DNA from: a virus
Direction: 5' to 3' (one strand)
Virus record (IMG/VR): IMGVR_UViG_3300025648_000012
Span: 1 to 64,000 of that record
Length of the DNA stretch: 64,000 bases
In this document: one piece after another, positions 10,202-19,247 of the stretch
How the letters are laid out: each line of letters opens with the position of its first letter
Numbering within the stretch: position 1 is the stretch's first letter
Notes under the pieces: model-generated
What the model was told of the DNA's origin: nothing
Databases searched by the model: none
Seen by the model: only the letters and a program-made list of their open reading frames with translations
Translations under genes and position numbers: made by a program

Positions 10202-10729
10202 TCAACCTAAAATCTCAAAAGGAAAATTTTTTGCTAAAAACGCTTTAAGGTTGCCTACCCTATTTAACCATCCTTGTAATTCCACTTCATATTTGCTTTG
10301 ACTATTTGCTAAATTTTGGTAGAATTGTATTCTAAGGTTTAGTAGCAAAGGTAAAATAGAAGAATTTGCTTTTGTAGAATATGTCTGTGTAACTTGTCCC
10401 CATAACCCATCCTCAACCACTCCTAGAGACTTTTGAAGTAGCTTAATTGCTTCAACTGGGTCAGCATTCACTGCAAAATCAAAATGAGCTATTGCTACAC
10501 TTGGTACTAAATTATCGCAATGAGCTGGCCCCCAGTACATAGTAAACAGCAAATTTTTAACTTCGTCTGCTGTTATTTGCTCTACTGGTTTAGTATTTTC
10601 TCCATGACTTGCAAGGTACGCATTATAAGTCCATTGAGTAACGCCATGGAATGTTACTCCGCCTGTATCTTTTACATATCCTTTTTCTGCACTTTGAGTA
10701 AAGTCTAAAGCTAATTCAAAAGAACTCAT
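10202..10729 (-). CDS. Endolysin, glycoside hydrolase family 108
   Basis: EKGYV..GGVTFHGVT, FDFAVN, LQKSLGV..DG, GWLNRV. Confidence 0.88.
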   Translation of the reverse strand: MSSFELALDFTQSAEKGYVKDTGGVTFHGVTQWTYNAYLASHGENTKPVEQITADEVKNLLFTMYWGPAHCDNLVPSVAIAHFDFAVNADPVEAIKLLQKSLGVVEDGLWGQVTQTYSTKANSSILPLLLNLRIQFYQNLANSQSKYEVELQGWLNRVGNLKAFLAKNFPFEILG

Positions 10730-10731
10730 TT

Positions 10732-11007
10732 TTAGAATACCAAGACTCCAGGTAGAGTAGATCTAGCCCACAAGTAGTCTCCTGAAGCCAACCCAATAGG
10801 AGTAGAGGTATTTGGCTTACTAACCACAATCCCTAAAGAAGAACTAGCAGGGGCTGTTGGAGCCGCAATTACCTCTACATTAGTTAAGTTTAAGTTGGGT
10901 TGCCGTACTCTTGATTGTACCCAAATAATGATGCTTGCAGCTGCTGCGGCAGCTGTTATTTGAGTCCAGGTGGAACCAGCTGGAACAAACGCATTTACTG
11001 TAGCCAT
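10732..11007 (-). CDS. Hypothetical (small virion-like) protein
   Basis: ORF in the late operon with GGAG RBS. Confidence 0.55.
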   Translation of the reverse strand: MATVNAFVPAGSTWTQITAAAAAASIIIWVQSRVRQPNLNLTNVEVIAAPTAPASSSLGIVVSKPNTSTPIGLASGDYLWARSTLPGVLVF

Positions 11008-11016
11008 AGAATACTC

Positions 11017-11610
11017 CTAAGCGTTGATAGTTCCGCCAAGATTTACAAAAGTAACATTAGTAGAAGTAGTTCCCAACTTATTAACTGTACCAGTTGGGTA
11101 CACTGTAATGGTACAGGCAACTGAGGGGGTTTGAGCAACTGCAATGGTAAGAACTCCTCCAGATAAAACATTCCAGTTATTGCCCCCGATGGCATTGGCA
11201 TTGTTAAATACTGCAGGTCCAGTAACAACCGAAGAAGTTCCAGCAAAAGAATTAGCTGCAGACAACGTAGCAATGCCTGTACCAGCAATAGTTACACCAC
11301 CGACTTGAGTGGAGACTGGAACTGCAATATTCAGTGTAGCATTGCCCGGAGTGTAGATTAGTCCAGGGTAATTGGCTGCGTCTATGTAAGACGGAAAACT
11401 AGCCAAATTACTGGCCGGTACTGCAGTTGGGGTTACGCTCGAACTAGCTGGCCCAATTACTACGGAACCAGAGCCAGTAATAGAATCGCTGGTATTTGAT
11501 ACCATTGATAGGCAATTTAATACTTGCCCACCTATTAGTACGGTTGGTCCTTGTGAAGAATCATCAAAAATAAAAACTGTGTTTTGTGAATAAGCATTCG
11601 TTATAGGCAT
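11017..11610 (-). CDS. Beta-rich protein with an autotransporter passenger-associated repeat
   Basis: GGVTIAGTGIATLSAANSFAGTSSV resembles the GtGtLtLsgaNtytG repeat. Confidence 0.55.
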   Translation of the reverse strand: MPITNAYSQNTVFIFDDSSQGPTVLIGGQVLNCLSMVSNTSDSITGSGSVVIGPASSSVTPTAVPASNLASFPSYIDAANYPGLIYTPGNATLNIAVPVSTQVGGVTIAGTGIATLSAANSFAGTSSVVTGPAVFNNANAIGGNNWNVLSGGVLTIAVAQTPSVACTITVYPTGTVNKLGTTSTNVTFVNLGGTINA

Positions 11611-11628
11611 GGTTTTATTTTCCTTAAA

Positions 11629-11958
11629 TTAGGCAGTTACTGCCTGAGTTACAGATGGAATAAGTGAAGTTATTGCTTCTCCACTCGCAGCTGGTATTTT
11701 ACCTGTTGATACTGCTACTTGAACTCCAACAGAAAGAGCAGTATTAAGCGCTGCTTTGTGGTCATCCGGGGTTCCTGTTGGGTTAGATGCTTTAATATTT
11801 TCATAAGCTGGTACTGCTAAAGTTATAACTTGCTGAACAAGTAAAGCAGTGCCAGCGACTTGGGGATCAACTATAGCAATTATAGGAAGTAGTGCTTTTA
11901 CTACATCAATTACTTTTTCTACATCCTTTATAATTGTCTGAAGGTTTACTAATGACAT
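11629..11958 (-). CDS. Hypothetical membrane-associated protein
   Basis: ORF coupled to the upstream lipoprotein gene. Confidence 0.55.
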   Translation of the reverse strand: MSLVNLQTIIKDVEKVIDVVKALLPIIAIVDPQVAGTALLVQQVITLAVPAYENIKASNPTGTPDDHKAALNTALSVGVQVAVSTGKIPAASGEAITSLIPSVTQAVTA

Positions 11959-12401
11959 TATTGTTTACTCGCTGGGGTTACATTCTTCAAATCGTTAATA
12001 ACTTGATTGATAATAGTGTTAGCAATCAATAAGTCTGCCTTAATGGCGTTTTGTTGTGCTGCAGGTAATCCAGAATCTTCAACTGCACTAACCAAAATTG
12101 GTAATGCTGAGTTAGCTAAATTTTGAAAACTGGAAGCGTCTAGCCCAGCTGACCCAGCGGATGCAAATTTAGTAAGTTTGGAACAAACTAAAGCAACGTC
12201 CGCATTTATTTTAACAATTTTTGGTTGAATAGTTGGGTCAGAAAATTGAAAAGTCGCTAACACTGTACCGTCAGTAATAAGCTGAGGGCATACTTGAGTT
12301 GTAAACTTTTGAATGGAAGTTTCAGCTTGTTGAACTTGAGCAGTAGTACATGCTGCCACTAAAAATGCTCCAAAAATACTCGCAACTAAAAATTTCTTCA
12401 T
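11958..12401 (-). CDS. Lipoprotein (possible lysis or spanin role)
   Basis: Signal peptide with lipobox LVAAC. Confidence 0.7.
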   Translation of the reverse strand: MKKFLVASIFGAFLVAACTTAQVQQAETSIQKFTTQVCPQLITDGTVLATFQFSDPTIQPKIVKINADVALVCSKLTKFASAGSAGLDASSFQNLANSALPILVSAVEDSGLPAAQQNAIKADLLIANTIINQVINDLKNVTPASKQ

Positions 12402-12426
12402 TATGTACTTTCTCCTGTTAAAAGTT

Positions 12427-12876
12427 TTAAGATACTCCAGCTCTATAGGTTGCTACTCCTTTTCCATTAAATTCTGCTGTTAGTGTTTGTTGCCGCAATC
12501 TAGGGTCAAAGGAAATATGAACCCATGTACCTTCCTCTATACACTGATCGTATTTTATGTTTCCTTTTACTATTGCTTCTACTATTTGCTTTGGAGTACC
12601 AAACGAAGGACATACGAAATCCATTGCGTAGCCTTGTGTATGTGCCGAGTTGGGTACGCCTTTTACTGCAGTGTTTAAGGCTTCACATCTATACCCGGAA
12701 TCCACAAGTACAGGAAAGCCCAAAAAATTACGAATTGTTTGAGCATTAGGTGCAAGAATGTTTCTTATGTTTTCTTCAATTTCTGGAGGAGGCGTGTTAT
12801 CAATTCCTAGTCTAACTGCAGTTGTAGAAGCAATAAATTCTTCATACGTAAAGTTTGTAGTTAATTGTTCTGACAT
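12427..12876 (-). CDS. Endolysin, peptidase M15 family
   Basis: SGYRC, NSAH, AMD, WVHIS; start MSEQL at 12876 after GAAGGAGG. Confidence 0.88.
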   Translation of the reverse strand: MSEQLTTNFTYEEFIASTTAVRLGIDNTPPPEIEENIRNILAPNAQTIRNFLGFPVLVDSGYRCEALNTAVKGVPNSAHTQGYAMDFVCPSFGTPKQIVEAIVKGNIKYDQCIEEGTWVHISFDPRLRQQTLTAEFNGKGVATYRAGVS

Positions 12877-12891
12877 TGAATACCTCCTTCG

Positions 12892-12952
12892 CCTTAAAAT
12901 TGTTCTCAACGTTAAATTGTTCTAAACATTAAATTGTTCTAAACTGTAAATA
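12892..12952. promoter_or_regulatory. Divergent promoter region: three AGAACAATTT (minus, 17-bp period) plus CTGTAAATA (plus)
   Basis: AAATTGTTCT at 12897, 12914, 12931; CTGTAAATA at 12944. Confidence 0.6.
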
Positions 12953-13010
12953 AGAGTTAATTAAAACAACATTTAAAATTAAAACAACATTTAACTAGGA
13001 TACATCTTTA

Positions 13011-13802
13011 ATGGTTAAACCTAAAATACTCACTCTGTACGAAACAGCTTTAGCGCAAACAACAACTGAAAAAAGAACAACACAAAAGACTTTAAGATGC
13101 TCTAGCTTACCTCCATGCTTTGTGTCTTATCTACTAGACAAAGACAAACCAAAAGAAAGCAATGTATTGGGTAACTACTACACTTCTGTTGGAACCATTC
13201 TTCATGGCTTAATTCAAAACTCTATTTCTAAAACTGTTGCAGATTGGCAATGCACTAAATGTAAAGCAGAGTATGAACTAAAGGTAAAACCTTCTAAATG
13301 TACAGAATGTAGTTCTAGGTCTTTCTCACATTCTGAAATTGAACTGACCTACAAGAATATAGAAGGGCACATTGACCTTATTTTCTTACTGAATAAACAG
13401 TACCACCTAGTAGATATTAAAACAACTTCAATGGCAAGTTTACCCACGGTTGTTAAAACCCCACCCGCTTCCTATAGAACGCAAGTTACTTCTTATGCGT
13501 GCCTTCTATATAAAACACGAGAAATTAAAGTAAACACAATTTCTATACTCTATGTTCCAAGGGACAACCCTTCCGCAGCGAATCTTTGGACACTGCCTTT
13601 TACAAAGGACGTTTACAAACAGGGTATGCTGAATTTAGAAAAATGGAATGAAACGTTTGAAAGAATTAAACACAAGGAAAAGAACATTGAGATTGTTCTC
13701 TGTAAAAACGTATTCTGTAAATATTGTATGAATTCAATTGCAGAGTTACAAAGCGCTCTAAACTCTAAATATGGCAAAAACTCTTTTGAGGTACAAAAAT
13801 GA
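13011..13802 (+). CDS. PD-(D/E)XK (Cas4/RecB-like) exonuclease with Zn ribbon
   Basis: GTILH, CxxC..CxxC, GHID, VDIKT, QVTSY. Confidence 0.8.
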   Translation: MVKPKILTLYETALAQTTTEKRTTQKTLRCSSLPPCFVSYLLDKDKPKESNVLGNYYTSVGTILHGLIQNSISKTVADWQCTKCKAEYELKVKPSKCTECSSRSFSHSEIELTYKNIEGHIDLIFLLNKQYHLVDIKTTSMASLPTVVKTPPASYRTQVTSYACLLYKTREIKVNTISILYVPRDNPSAANLWTLPFTKDVYKQGMLNLEKWNETFERIKHKEKNIEIVLCKNVFCKYCMNSIAELQSALNSKYGKNSFEVQK

Positions 13803-14122
13803 ACAAACACTCTAGCTTAGAAAATGGTCAATTAGTAGTTGCCCACTTAAAAAATGATAATTATCTTATTGGAAAATACGAAAGAAGCTCTATGACAATG
13901 GGAGTATGGGAACACTCAATTACTACTCCACGGCAAGTAGTTCTTCGGGAAACACCAGCAGGAATATCATTTGGATTAGCTCCATTTGGTTCCTGCTTTG
14001 GAATGATGCCAGAACTTCGTGTAGCTATTATTAACAGCGAAGATATATTTTCTCTTAGAAAGGCTCCTTCTAAACTCGAGGAAGTGTACTTAAAATCAAC
14101 TACAGGATTAGTTTTGCCTTAA
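13799..14122 (+). CDS. Hypothetical protein
   Basis: ATGA-coupled ORF. Confidence 0.6.
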   Translation: MNKHSSLENGQLVVAHLKNDNYLIGKYERSSMTMGVWEHSITTPRQVVLRETPAGISFGLAPFGSCFGMMPELRVAIINSEDIFSLRKAPSKLEEVYLKSTTGLVLP

Positions 14123-14198
14123 CGAGTAACAACCTTAACGAGTAACAACCTTAACGAGTAACAACCTTAACGAGTAACAACCTTAACGAGTAACAACC
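14117..14198. repeat. 16-bp tandem repeat CCTTAACGAGTAACAA x5
   Basis: Copies at 14117, 14133, 14149, 14165, 14181; spans the stop of 13799 up to the ATG at 14199. Confidence 0.95.
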
Positions 14199-14393
14199 AT
14201 GAAAATTTCAATTACTGTTTCAAGAACAATTCAAACTGCTCCGTATGAATCCTCTAAAGTGGAAGTTACTCAAGAAATAACTACAGATGAAGAGAGCAGC
14301 GAAGATGCCAGAAACGATCTATATAGGGACACTACTCGGGCAGTTAAATCCTTTATTGACAACGAATCCAAGAAGTATAGGAAGGAAAAGTAA
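14199..14393 (+). CDS. Hypothetical protein
   Basis: ISITVSRTIQTAPYES pattern seen in small phage proteins. Confidence 0.6.
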   Translation: MKISITVSRTIQTAPYESSKVEVTQEITTDEESSEDARNDLYRDTTRAVKSFIDNESKKYRKEK

Positions 14394-14395
14394 AA

Positions 14396-15490
14396 ATGAA
14401 GGTTGGTTATTCTTTTCACGAAAAATATAGACCAAATAACCTCAGTGAAGTAGTAGGCCATTCTACGGTTGTTACTCAACTCAAAGGTATGGTTAAAAAA
14501 GGCCTTCCTGGAGCAATTCTATTTACTGGCCCTACTTCTGTAGGCAAAACTACTCTTGCTAGATGTTTGGCTGCAGAAGTAAATGGAAAGCCAGTGGAGA
14601 AGCAATCAGACTATAAAGAAATAAACGGTACTGACCAAAAATCTATTGACGACATGAGGTCTTTAATAAAAATAGCGCAATATCAACCCTCTAATAACCG
14701 TCGTTTTATAGTGATAGATGAGGCTCAGGGTATCATAGCGCAGCAGCAATCAGCAGCAGCCCTTTTAGCCCCAATAGAAAGAGCAGGTAAGACAAGAACT
14801 ACTTGGATTCTTTGTTCCATGGACCCACAAAAGTTTACCACAGGAAATGGTAAAGCACTAATGGGTAGGTGTACTGTTTTTGCACTTAATCCACCCACAA
14901 ACAAAGATTTGTTTATTCAGGGGAAAAGAATAAGGGCAAAAGAGAACATGGACTACGTTTCTCTAGAGCTACTAAAGACCCTTGTTAGAAACTCAAATTA
15001 CCAAATGCGGGTTTTAGCAAATATTCTTCAATCAGTGTACCTTTATTGGGAAGGATTGAACCCAAAAGAAAGGCCAAAAGAGCTAAACCAAGAAATTCTA
15101 AGTGAGGTTTTGGATACCGCTTTCGACAATGACGATTTAGCTCTCCTTAAAGTAGTGGTTTATGCTTTTAACAACTCTTTTGCACCCATAGTAACTACCC
15201 TATTAAATGTGGGTGATACTTATGGATTTGTTAATAAGCTCCTTTACGCTGCTCAATTTCTTGTTAATAACGCAGCTCTCAAGGGTAAAAGGCATCATAA
15301 AGTATGGCCAAATCCCACATATAATAAGATGGTTGAAGAATTAGGGGATGTTAAGTTATCCAAACTAGCTAGCTTTTTAGCATGTTGTACTGAATTAAAA
15401 GCCAATGCTTCCAAGTTTGAAGTTAATGAGATTTCGCTAATTGAAACGTCCTTGTTTAAGTTTATGAAAGAAAATGGAGAAACTCGATGA
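14396..15490 (+). CDS. Clamp loader, DnaX (gamma/tau)-like
   Basis: EKYRPNNLSEVVGH, FTGPTSVGKTT, IDEAQ, GRC. Confidence 0.88.
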   Translation: MKVGYSFHEKYRPNNLSEVVGHSTVVTQLKGMVKKGLPGAILFTGPTSVGKTTLARCLAAEVNGKPVEKQSDYKEINGTDQKSIDDMRSLIKIAQYQPSNNRRFIVIDEAQGIIAQQQSAAALLAPIERAGKTRTTWILCSMDPQKFTTGNGKALMGRCTVFALNPPTNKDLFIQGKRIRAKENMDYVSLELLKTLVRNSNYQMRVLANILQSVYLYWEGLNPKERPKELNQEILSEVLDTAFDNDDLALLKVVVYAFNNSFAPIVTTLLNVGDTYGFVNKLLYAAQFLVNNAALKGKRHHKVWPNPTYNKMVEELGDVKLSKLASFLACCTELKANASKFEVNEISLIETSLFKFMKENGETR

Positions 15491-15927
15491 GTACAAACTT
15501 AAAATCTCTATTAGATACAGTTTCAGAAGAATCCTCCAAGTTTAACATTAAAGAGTACAACGAGAGGAGAAAGCTTCCAATTCTTACAGACGGAGTACCC
15601 TCAATTAAGGAGTTTTTAGACTCTCCGGCTGCTACCTGGAATTTGGTTAAGCAGTTGCCTTACCCTATAAATGGTATACTGTCTAAATTAAAAATAGCTC
15701 ATAGCGAAAACCAAAGCTTGGTAGGGGTAGAAAGCGATTCCCTTATTAAAATAGCAATAGCTTTAGGAGAACTTTCTATTAAATGTCAGTCTCTTTCTCT
15801 AGCTTTAGGAATACCATTGAGTGATACTGAGCAAGTATTGCTCGGAGCTTTATCTAAAAATTGTGATAGCGAGCAAGCTATTGAAGCAATTGGTTCTTTA
15901 CTTTTTGGGGTTAAAAATGACAGTTAG
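15487..15927 (+). CDS. Hypothetical protein
   Basis: Coupled ORF. Confidence 0.6.
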   Translation: MSTNLKSLLDTVSEESSKFNIKEYNERRKLPILTDGVPSIKEFLDSPAATWNLVKQLPYPINGILSKLKIAHSENQSLVGVESDSLIKIAIALGELSIKCQSLSLALGIPLSDTEQVLLGALSKNCDSEQAIEAIGSLLFGVKNDS

Positions 15928-16150
15928 TGCAATTAAAAGAAGAGCAGCTACAAGAAGTGCAAGTAAAAAAGACAACCAGCATTTTCACAGAACAAAGGAC
16001 AACAAACTGGTAGCTTGCTACCATGAGTGCAAAAACATGCTTACTTCGTACTCTTTTTGGATAGGCATGTCTATTGGGTGGCCTTTAGAGCATTTTCTAT
16101 GGCAGAAAATATGGCCTTTTTCTTTGGTTGCTAAACTATTGGGAATTTAA
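15917..16150 (+). CDS. Hypothetical membrane protein
   Basis: Likely start MTVSA at 15917; hydrophobic C-terminus. Confidence 0.5.
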   Translation: MTVSAIKRRAATRSASKKDNQHFHRTKDNKLVACYHECKNMLTSYSFWIGMSIGWPLEHFLWQKIWPFSLVAKLLGI

Positions 16151-16170
16151 CTCGGGTTAAAAGGTAAAGT

Positions 16171-16458
16171 ATGAGCGAACAAGAAACTACAGAGCAGAAA
16201 ACCACAGAGCAAACTACAAAACCTAATCTTAAAATTGCAGAGTTACCCAATTTTAGGAACGAGGTTTTAGTTGAGGAGATTAAATCAGTACTCGAATTGG
16301 CAGAAAAAGGAGAAATTGTTGGCGCTATTTTTGTTGGAGAAAGACCCGATGGCTCAATTAGAAACTTTGCTTCTACCTTTGAAAACAGGTTTGTTTTGAT
16401 AGGTTACTTGCATACGTTAATTTTTGATCTAATTGACAGTGGAAAATCGGAAAACTGA
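16171..16458 (+). CDS. Hypothetical protein; paralog of 3120-3524
   Basis: ELAEKGEIVG..NRFVLIGYL. Confidence 0.65.
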   Translation: MSEQETTEQKTTEQTTKPNLKIAELPNFRNEVLVEEIKSVLELAEKGEIVGAIFVGERPDGSIRNFASTFENRFVLIGYLHTLIFDLIDSGKSEN

Positions 16459-16493
16459 GGTAAATTTTTAAGTTACATAAAAGGAGTGTTAAT

Positions 16494-16837
16494 ATGAATA
16501 CAGAAAGTATTACTATGAGTGCAAAGTGTTCAGAAGACTACTGTAATAGAGGGTTGACAGCTGACTCGCTTTTTGGCTGTTACTTACCCCATTGCTTCTA
16601 TTTGGTTGTTGGTCTATCTACATGCTTGTAACGTCTGGAATAGAAGCTAGTCCAATAGAAATTACACAGGCCGTAAAAAATGGACAAACCGGAAAATGTG
16701 TTGCTGAAGTTATTGAGCAAGCACAAAGTATGAGAATTATTGATAGAGGGTTCATAAGTAGTGCAATCCGTCATTGCACTGATAAAAACCTCCTCGAAAT
16801 ACAAAAAAAGATAGCAAAAGATGCTATTTCTACTTAA
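16494..16837 (+). pseudogene. Membrane protein gene with a probable frameshift at the T5 run 16570-16574
   Basis: ATG 16494 has an AAGGAG RBS; adding one T joins it to ORF 16592-16837 through a continuous TM segment. Confidence 0.45.
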
Positions 16838-16881
16838 AAATAAAGGGAAATTGTCAAAAATTAAAATCAACTGGAGACTTT

Positions 16882-17151
16882 ATGTTGTTGGAATTTTCAG
16901 ATTTAGAAATGGATGAGGTTATTGAGATTAGTACTTGGTTAAAAACTAACCCAAAAGCCATACCAAAAGGGTGGAGACACCGTATTGAGCGGCTAGTTGA
17001 ATTACTGGCAACAAAGCCGTATAAGTCACCTACAGCTTACGCTTGTTCCAATTTTGAATCCTTTTTAAAAAATCAAGGCTCAATGAAAGTAGTTAAAGAT
17101 AAGCAGGATTTCTTTGAACTACCCTTATATAAGGAAAATAAGGTATTATAA
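16882..17151 (+). CDS. Hypothetical protein
   Basis: GGAG RBS. Confidence 0.55.
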   Translation: MLLEFSDLEMDEVIEISTWLKTNPKAIPKGWRHRIERLVELLATKPYKSPTAYACSNFESFLKNQGSMKVVKDKQDFFELPLYKENKVL

Positions 17152-17219
17152 ATGCAAATTGTAAAACTACTCTGCAACTCAACCACTCATTAGTTGTTTG
17201 GTGTTAAAAGGAGAATTAA

Positions 17220-17597
17220 ATGTTTCCACAAAATTACCCGCAAATGGAAAGAGACTGGAATGATTGGTTTATTAAAGACGAACACACGCCAATGGATGAG
17301 CCCACTGACGCTCAGTGTATTAAGTTTTCTCTAAAATCCTGTGGGGAAGTTAGACAGTATTTAGCAGATAAACCAGACGCCCCTCATCTGTCTTTTGTTG
17401 ATTTAGATTTTTTAGAACATATTTTTAGGTTAGCTTGGATGAAAGGCTATACTTTCGGCTCTAATGGCGGGGTTGCTAATACGCTTACTGACGTAGAGAA
17501 AGAACAATACCAAAAAGCTATAGATTTGAGTAAAGACTGGAAAGATGGGTTAGTACTGCAGCAATTAGAAGTTTTACGGACCTCTACTGGTTTATAA
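17220..17597 (+). CDS. Hypothetical protein
   Basis: AAGGAG RBS. Confidence 0.65.
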   Translation: MFPQNYPQMERDWNDWFIKDEHTPMDEPTDAQCIKFSLKSCGEVRQYLADKPDAPHLSFVDLDFLEHIFRLAWMKGYTFGSNGGVANTLTDVEKEQYQKAIDLSKDWKDGLVLQQLEVLRTSTGL

Positions 17598-17612
17598 TTA
17601 CAAGGAAAAATT

Positions 17613-17858
17613 ATGGCAGAGTTAATTACTGGGGCTACATCAAAGTTAGTCGCAGGAGTATCTGAGTTTGAAGGAAAGCAGCTATTCCGCATCTCAAAGC
17701 TCTTTAGAAAGGATACTCGAGAAGGAAAACCCTCAGAATGGGGGTTTACACGGCAGGGGATAACGTTGCCACAAACTCAAGCCTCATTAACTTTCTTAAA
17801 AGAAGCCTACAAAGAACTAAAACAGGTTGTTGAGGCTAAAGGCAATGATTCCAATTAA
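17613..17858 (+). CDS. PC4/p15-like ssDNA-binding protein
   Basis: VSEFEGKQLFRI..W..TRQGITL. Confidence 0.65.
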   Translation: MAELITGATSKLVAGVSEFEGKQLFRISKLFRKDTREGKPSEWGFTRQGITLPQTQASLTFLKEAYKELKQVVEAKGNDSN

Positions 17859-18001
17859 GTATTTATTTCCTACTGCTATATTGGCTTTAAGCCTTTGTGC
17901 AGCAGTGGTTTATTTAACTCAGGGGGATTTTAGAAGAGGTATTTATTGGCTTTTTGCAGCAGGAATTGTTGCAACAGTTACGTTTTGAGTTTGTTTTACT
18001 T

Positions 18002-18040
18002 AAAAAAGAAGGGTTAGCTTAAAATTACTCAAGCTAACCC
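18002..18040 (-). terminator. Intrinsic terminator at convergence of operons
   Basis: GGGTTAGCTT/AAGCTAACCC stem followed by a T-tract on the minus strand; second hairpin at 18049-18068. Confidence 0.6.
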
Positions 18041-18135
18041 CTAGGAGAAACCGGTGTTTTCACCGGTTGGAGGAGACCCACCACGGTCCGTTCATTCTTT
18101 AATACCAATTTTAGCAACATTTTATAATATTATTT

Positions 18136-18411
18136 TTACAACAAAAAGGTGTAGAGTACACATACACCTGTTACTTTCTTTTCTAAATACTTTACATTGT
18201 TGCTAATGTCTGAAAAAGCAACTGCATTTTCAACGGAATTGAACCTTAAACTGAGGCACAAAGCTGGTCTATCTAAATAAATTTTGTATTCTAAAGATGA
18301 GTCAAAAGATGGAAACTTTTCCAAATAAAATTCCAACTCGCCTAAAGAGTTCATAGTTTCTACAAAATTTTTGTTGATTTTTCCAACTTGTGCTTTGAGT
18401 TCATGTAGCAT
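18136..18411 (-). CDS. Hypothetical protein
   Basis: Last ORF of the late operon. Confidence 0.55.
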   Translation of the reverse strand: MLHELKAQVGKINKNFVETMNSLGELEFYLEKFPSFDSSLEYKIYLDRPALCLSLRFNSVENAVAFSDISNNVKYLEKKVTGVCVLYTFLL

Positions 18412-18413
18412 GC

Positions 18414-18839
18414 TTAAACCTTGCCGTGAAGTTCAACGTAAAATTGAGGGCTAGCTCGATAGGAAGCAACGGTTAATGCAACGGATTTTAGATTACGCCA
18501 ACTACCCAAGTAGTTAAAAGTAATAAAAGTATTAGCTCTACTTTTGTTCAAAAGTTCAATTCCTAGCTTGTCCTTAAACTCTTTAACTACTTCCTGAATT
18601 GCTTCCTTTACATTGCCTTTAAGCTTTGGAGAATCCCAGCTAGCATAAGAAAGCTTTCCAAACCCACAGTCTTCGGGATTTCCAAGAATAGAGTCTTCAA
18701 CTTTAACCAAAGAAATAGCTTTAGCAATCACTAAAAACTCCTGCTGTAGTTCTAATTCTTTTTGCTCTTTTTCAATTTTTTCTTTTAACTCCGCTATTGA
18801 TACTGAAGAAACCATTTGGTAATGAGCAGTTAATTTCAT
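18414..18839 (-). CDS. MKLTAHY-leader protein
   Basis: Shared N-terminal leader. Confidence 0.7.
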   Translation of the reverse strand: MKLTAHYQMVSSVSIAELKEKIEKEQKELELQQEFLVIAKAISLVKVEDSILGNPEDCGFGKLSYASWDSPKLKGNVKEAIQEVVKEFKDKLGIELLNKSRANTFITFNYLGSWRNLKSVALTVASYRASPQFYVELHGKV

Positions 18840-18843
18840 TTGC

Positions 18844-19215
18844 TTAGCCTCCAGTTACCTCTTGACTAGGAGTTTCCGCAACAGTAGGTTCAGCAACGGA
18901 TACTTCTGGAGTAGCTTCTGCTCCTACTGTTTCCCCTTTATAAGGCTCCACCTTTTCAACCACCGCTTCAACTAAATTAGGTACTACTTCGGCAGCAGCA
19001 ACTCCAGTTAGGATTGTATTCATTACAGTAGAATCCTGTGGAATAGGATTCCCTTTGCCATCAATGTACTTTTCAATTACCTGGTTAACTTGTAAACCCT
19101 GACTATGAGCAAAGTCTACCAACGCCTGGTGGTCAGGGCCTGTAAAGGAATCCCCTTCGGAAACAGAATAACCTGCATTTTTCATTGCCGACTTAATAAC
19201 TAACATTCCGTACAT
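18844..19215 (-). CDS. Hypothetical virion-associated protein
   Basis: AAGGAG RBS; acidic C-terminus. Confidence 0.6.
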   Translation of the reverse strand: MYGMLVIKSAMKNAGYSVSEGDSFTGPDHQALVDFAHSQGLQVNQVIEKYIDGKGNPIPQDSTVMNTILTGVAAAEVVPNLVEAVVEKVEPYKGETVGAEATPEVSVAEPTVAETPSQEVTGG

Positions 19216-19247
19216 TTTTAACTCCTTTTTGTTGTTAAACCTTGCTC

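Noticed and set aside
13011-13802. Cas4 as part of a CRISPR system
   Set aside because: Stand-alone PD-(D/E)XK nuclease in the replication cluster, which is common in phages.
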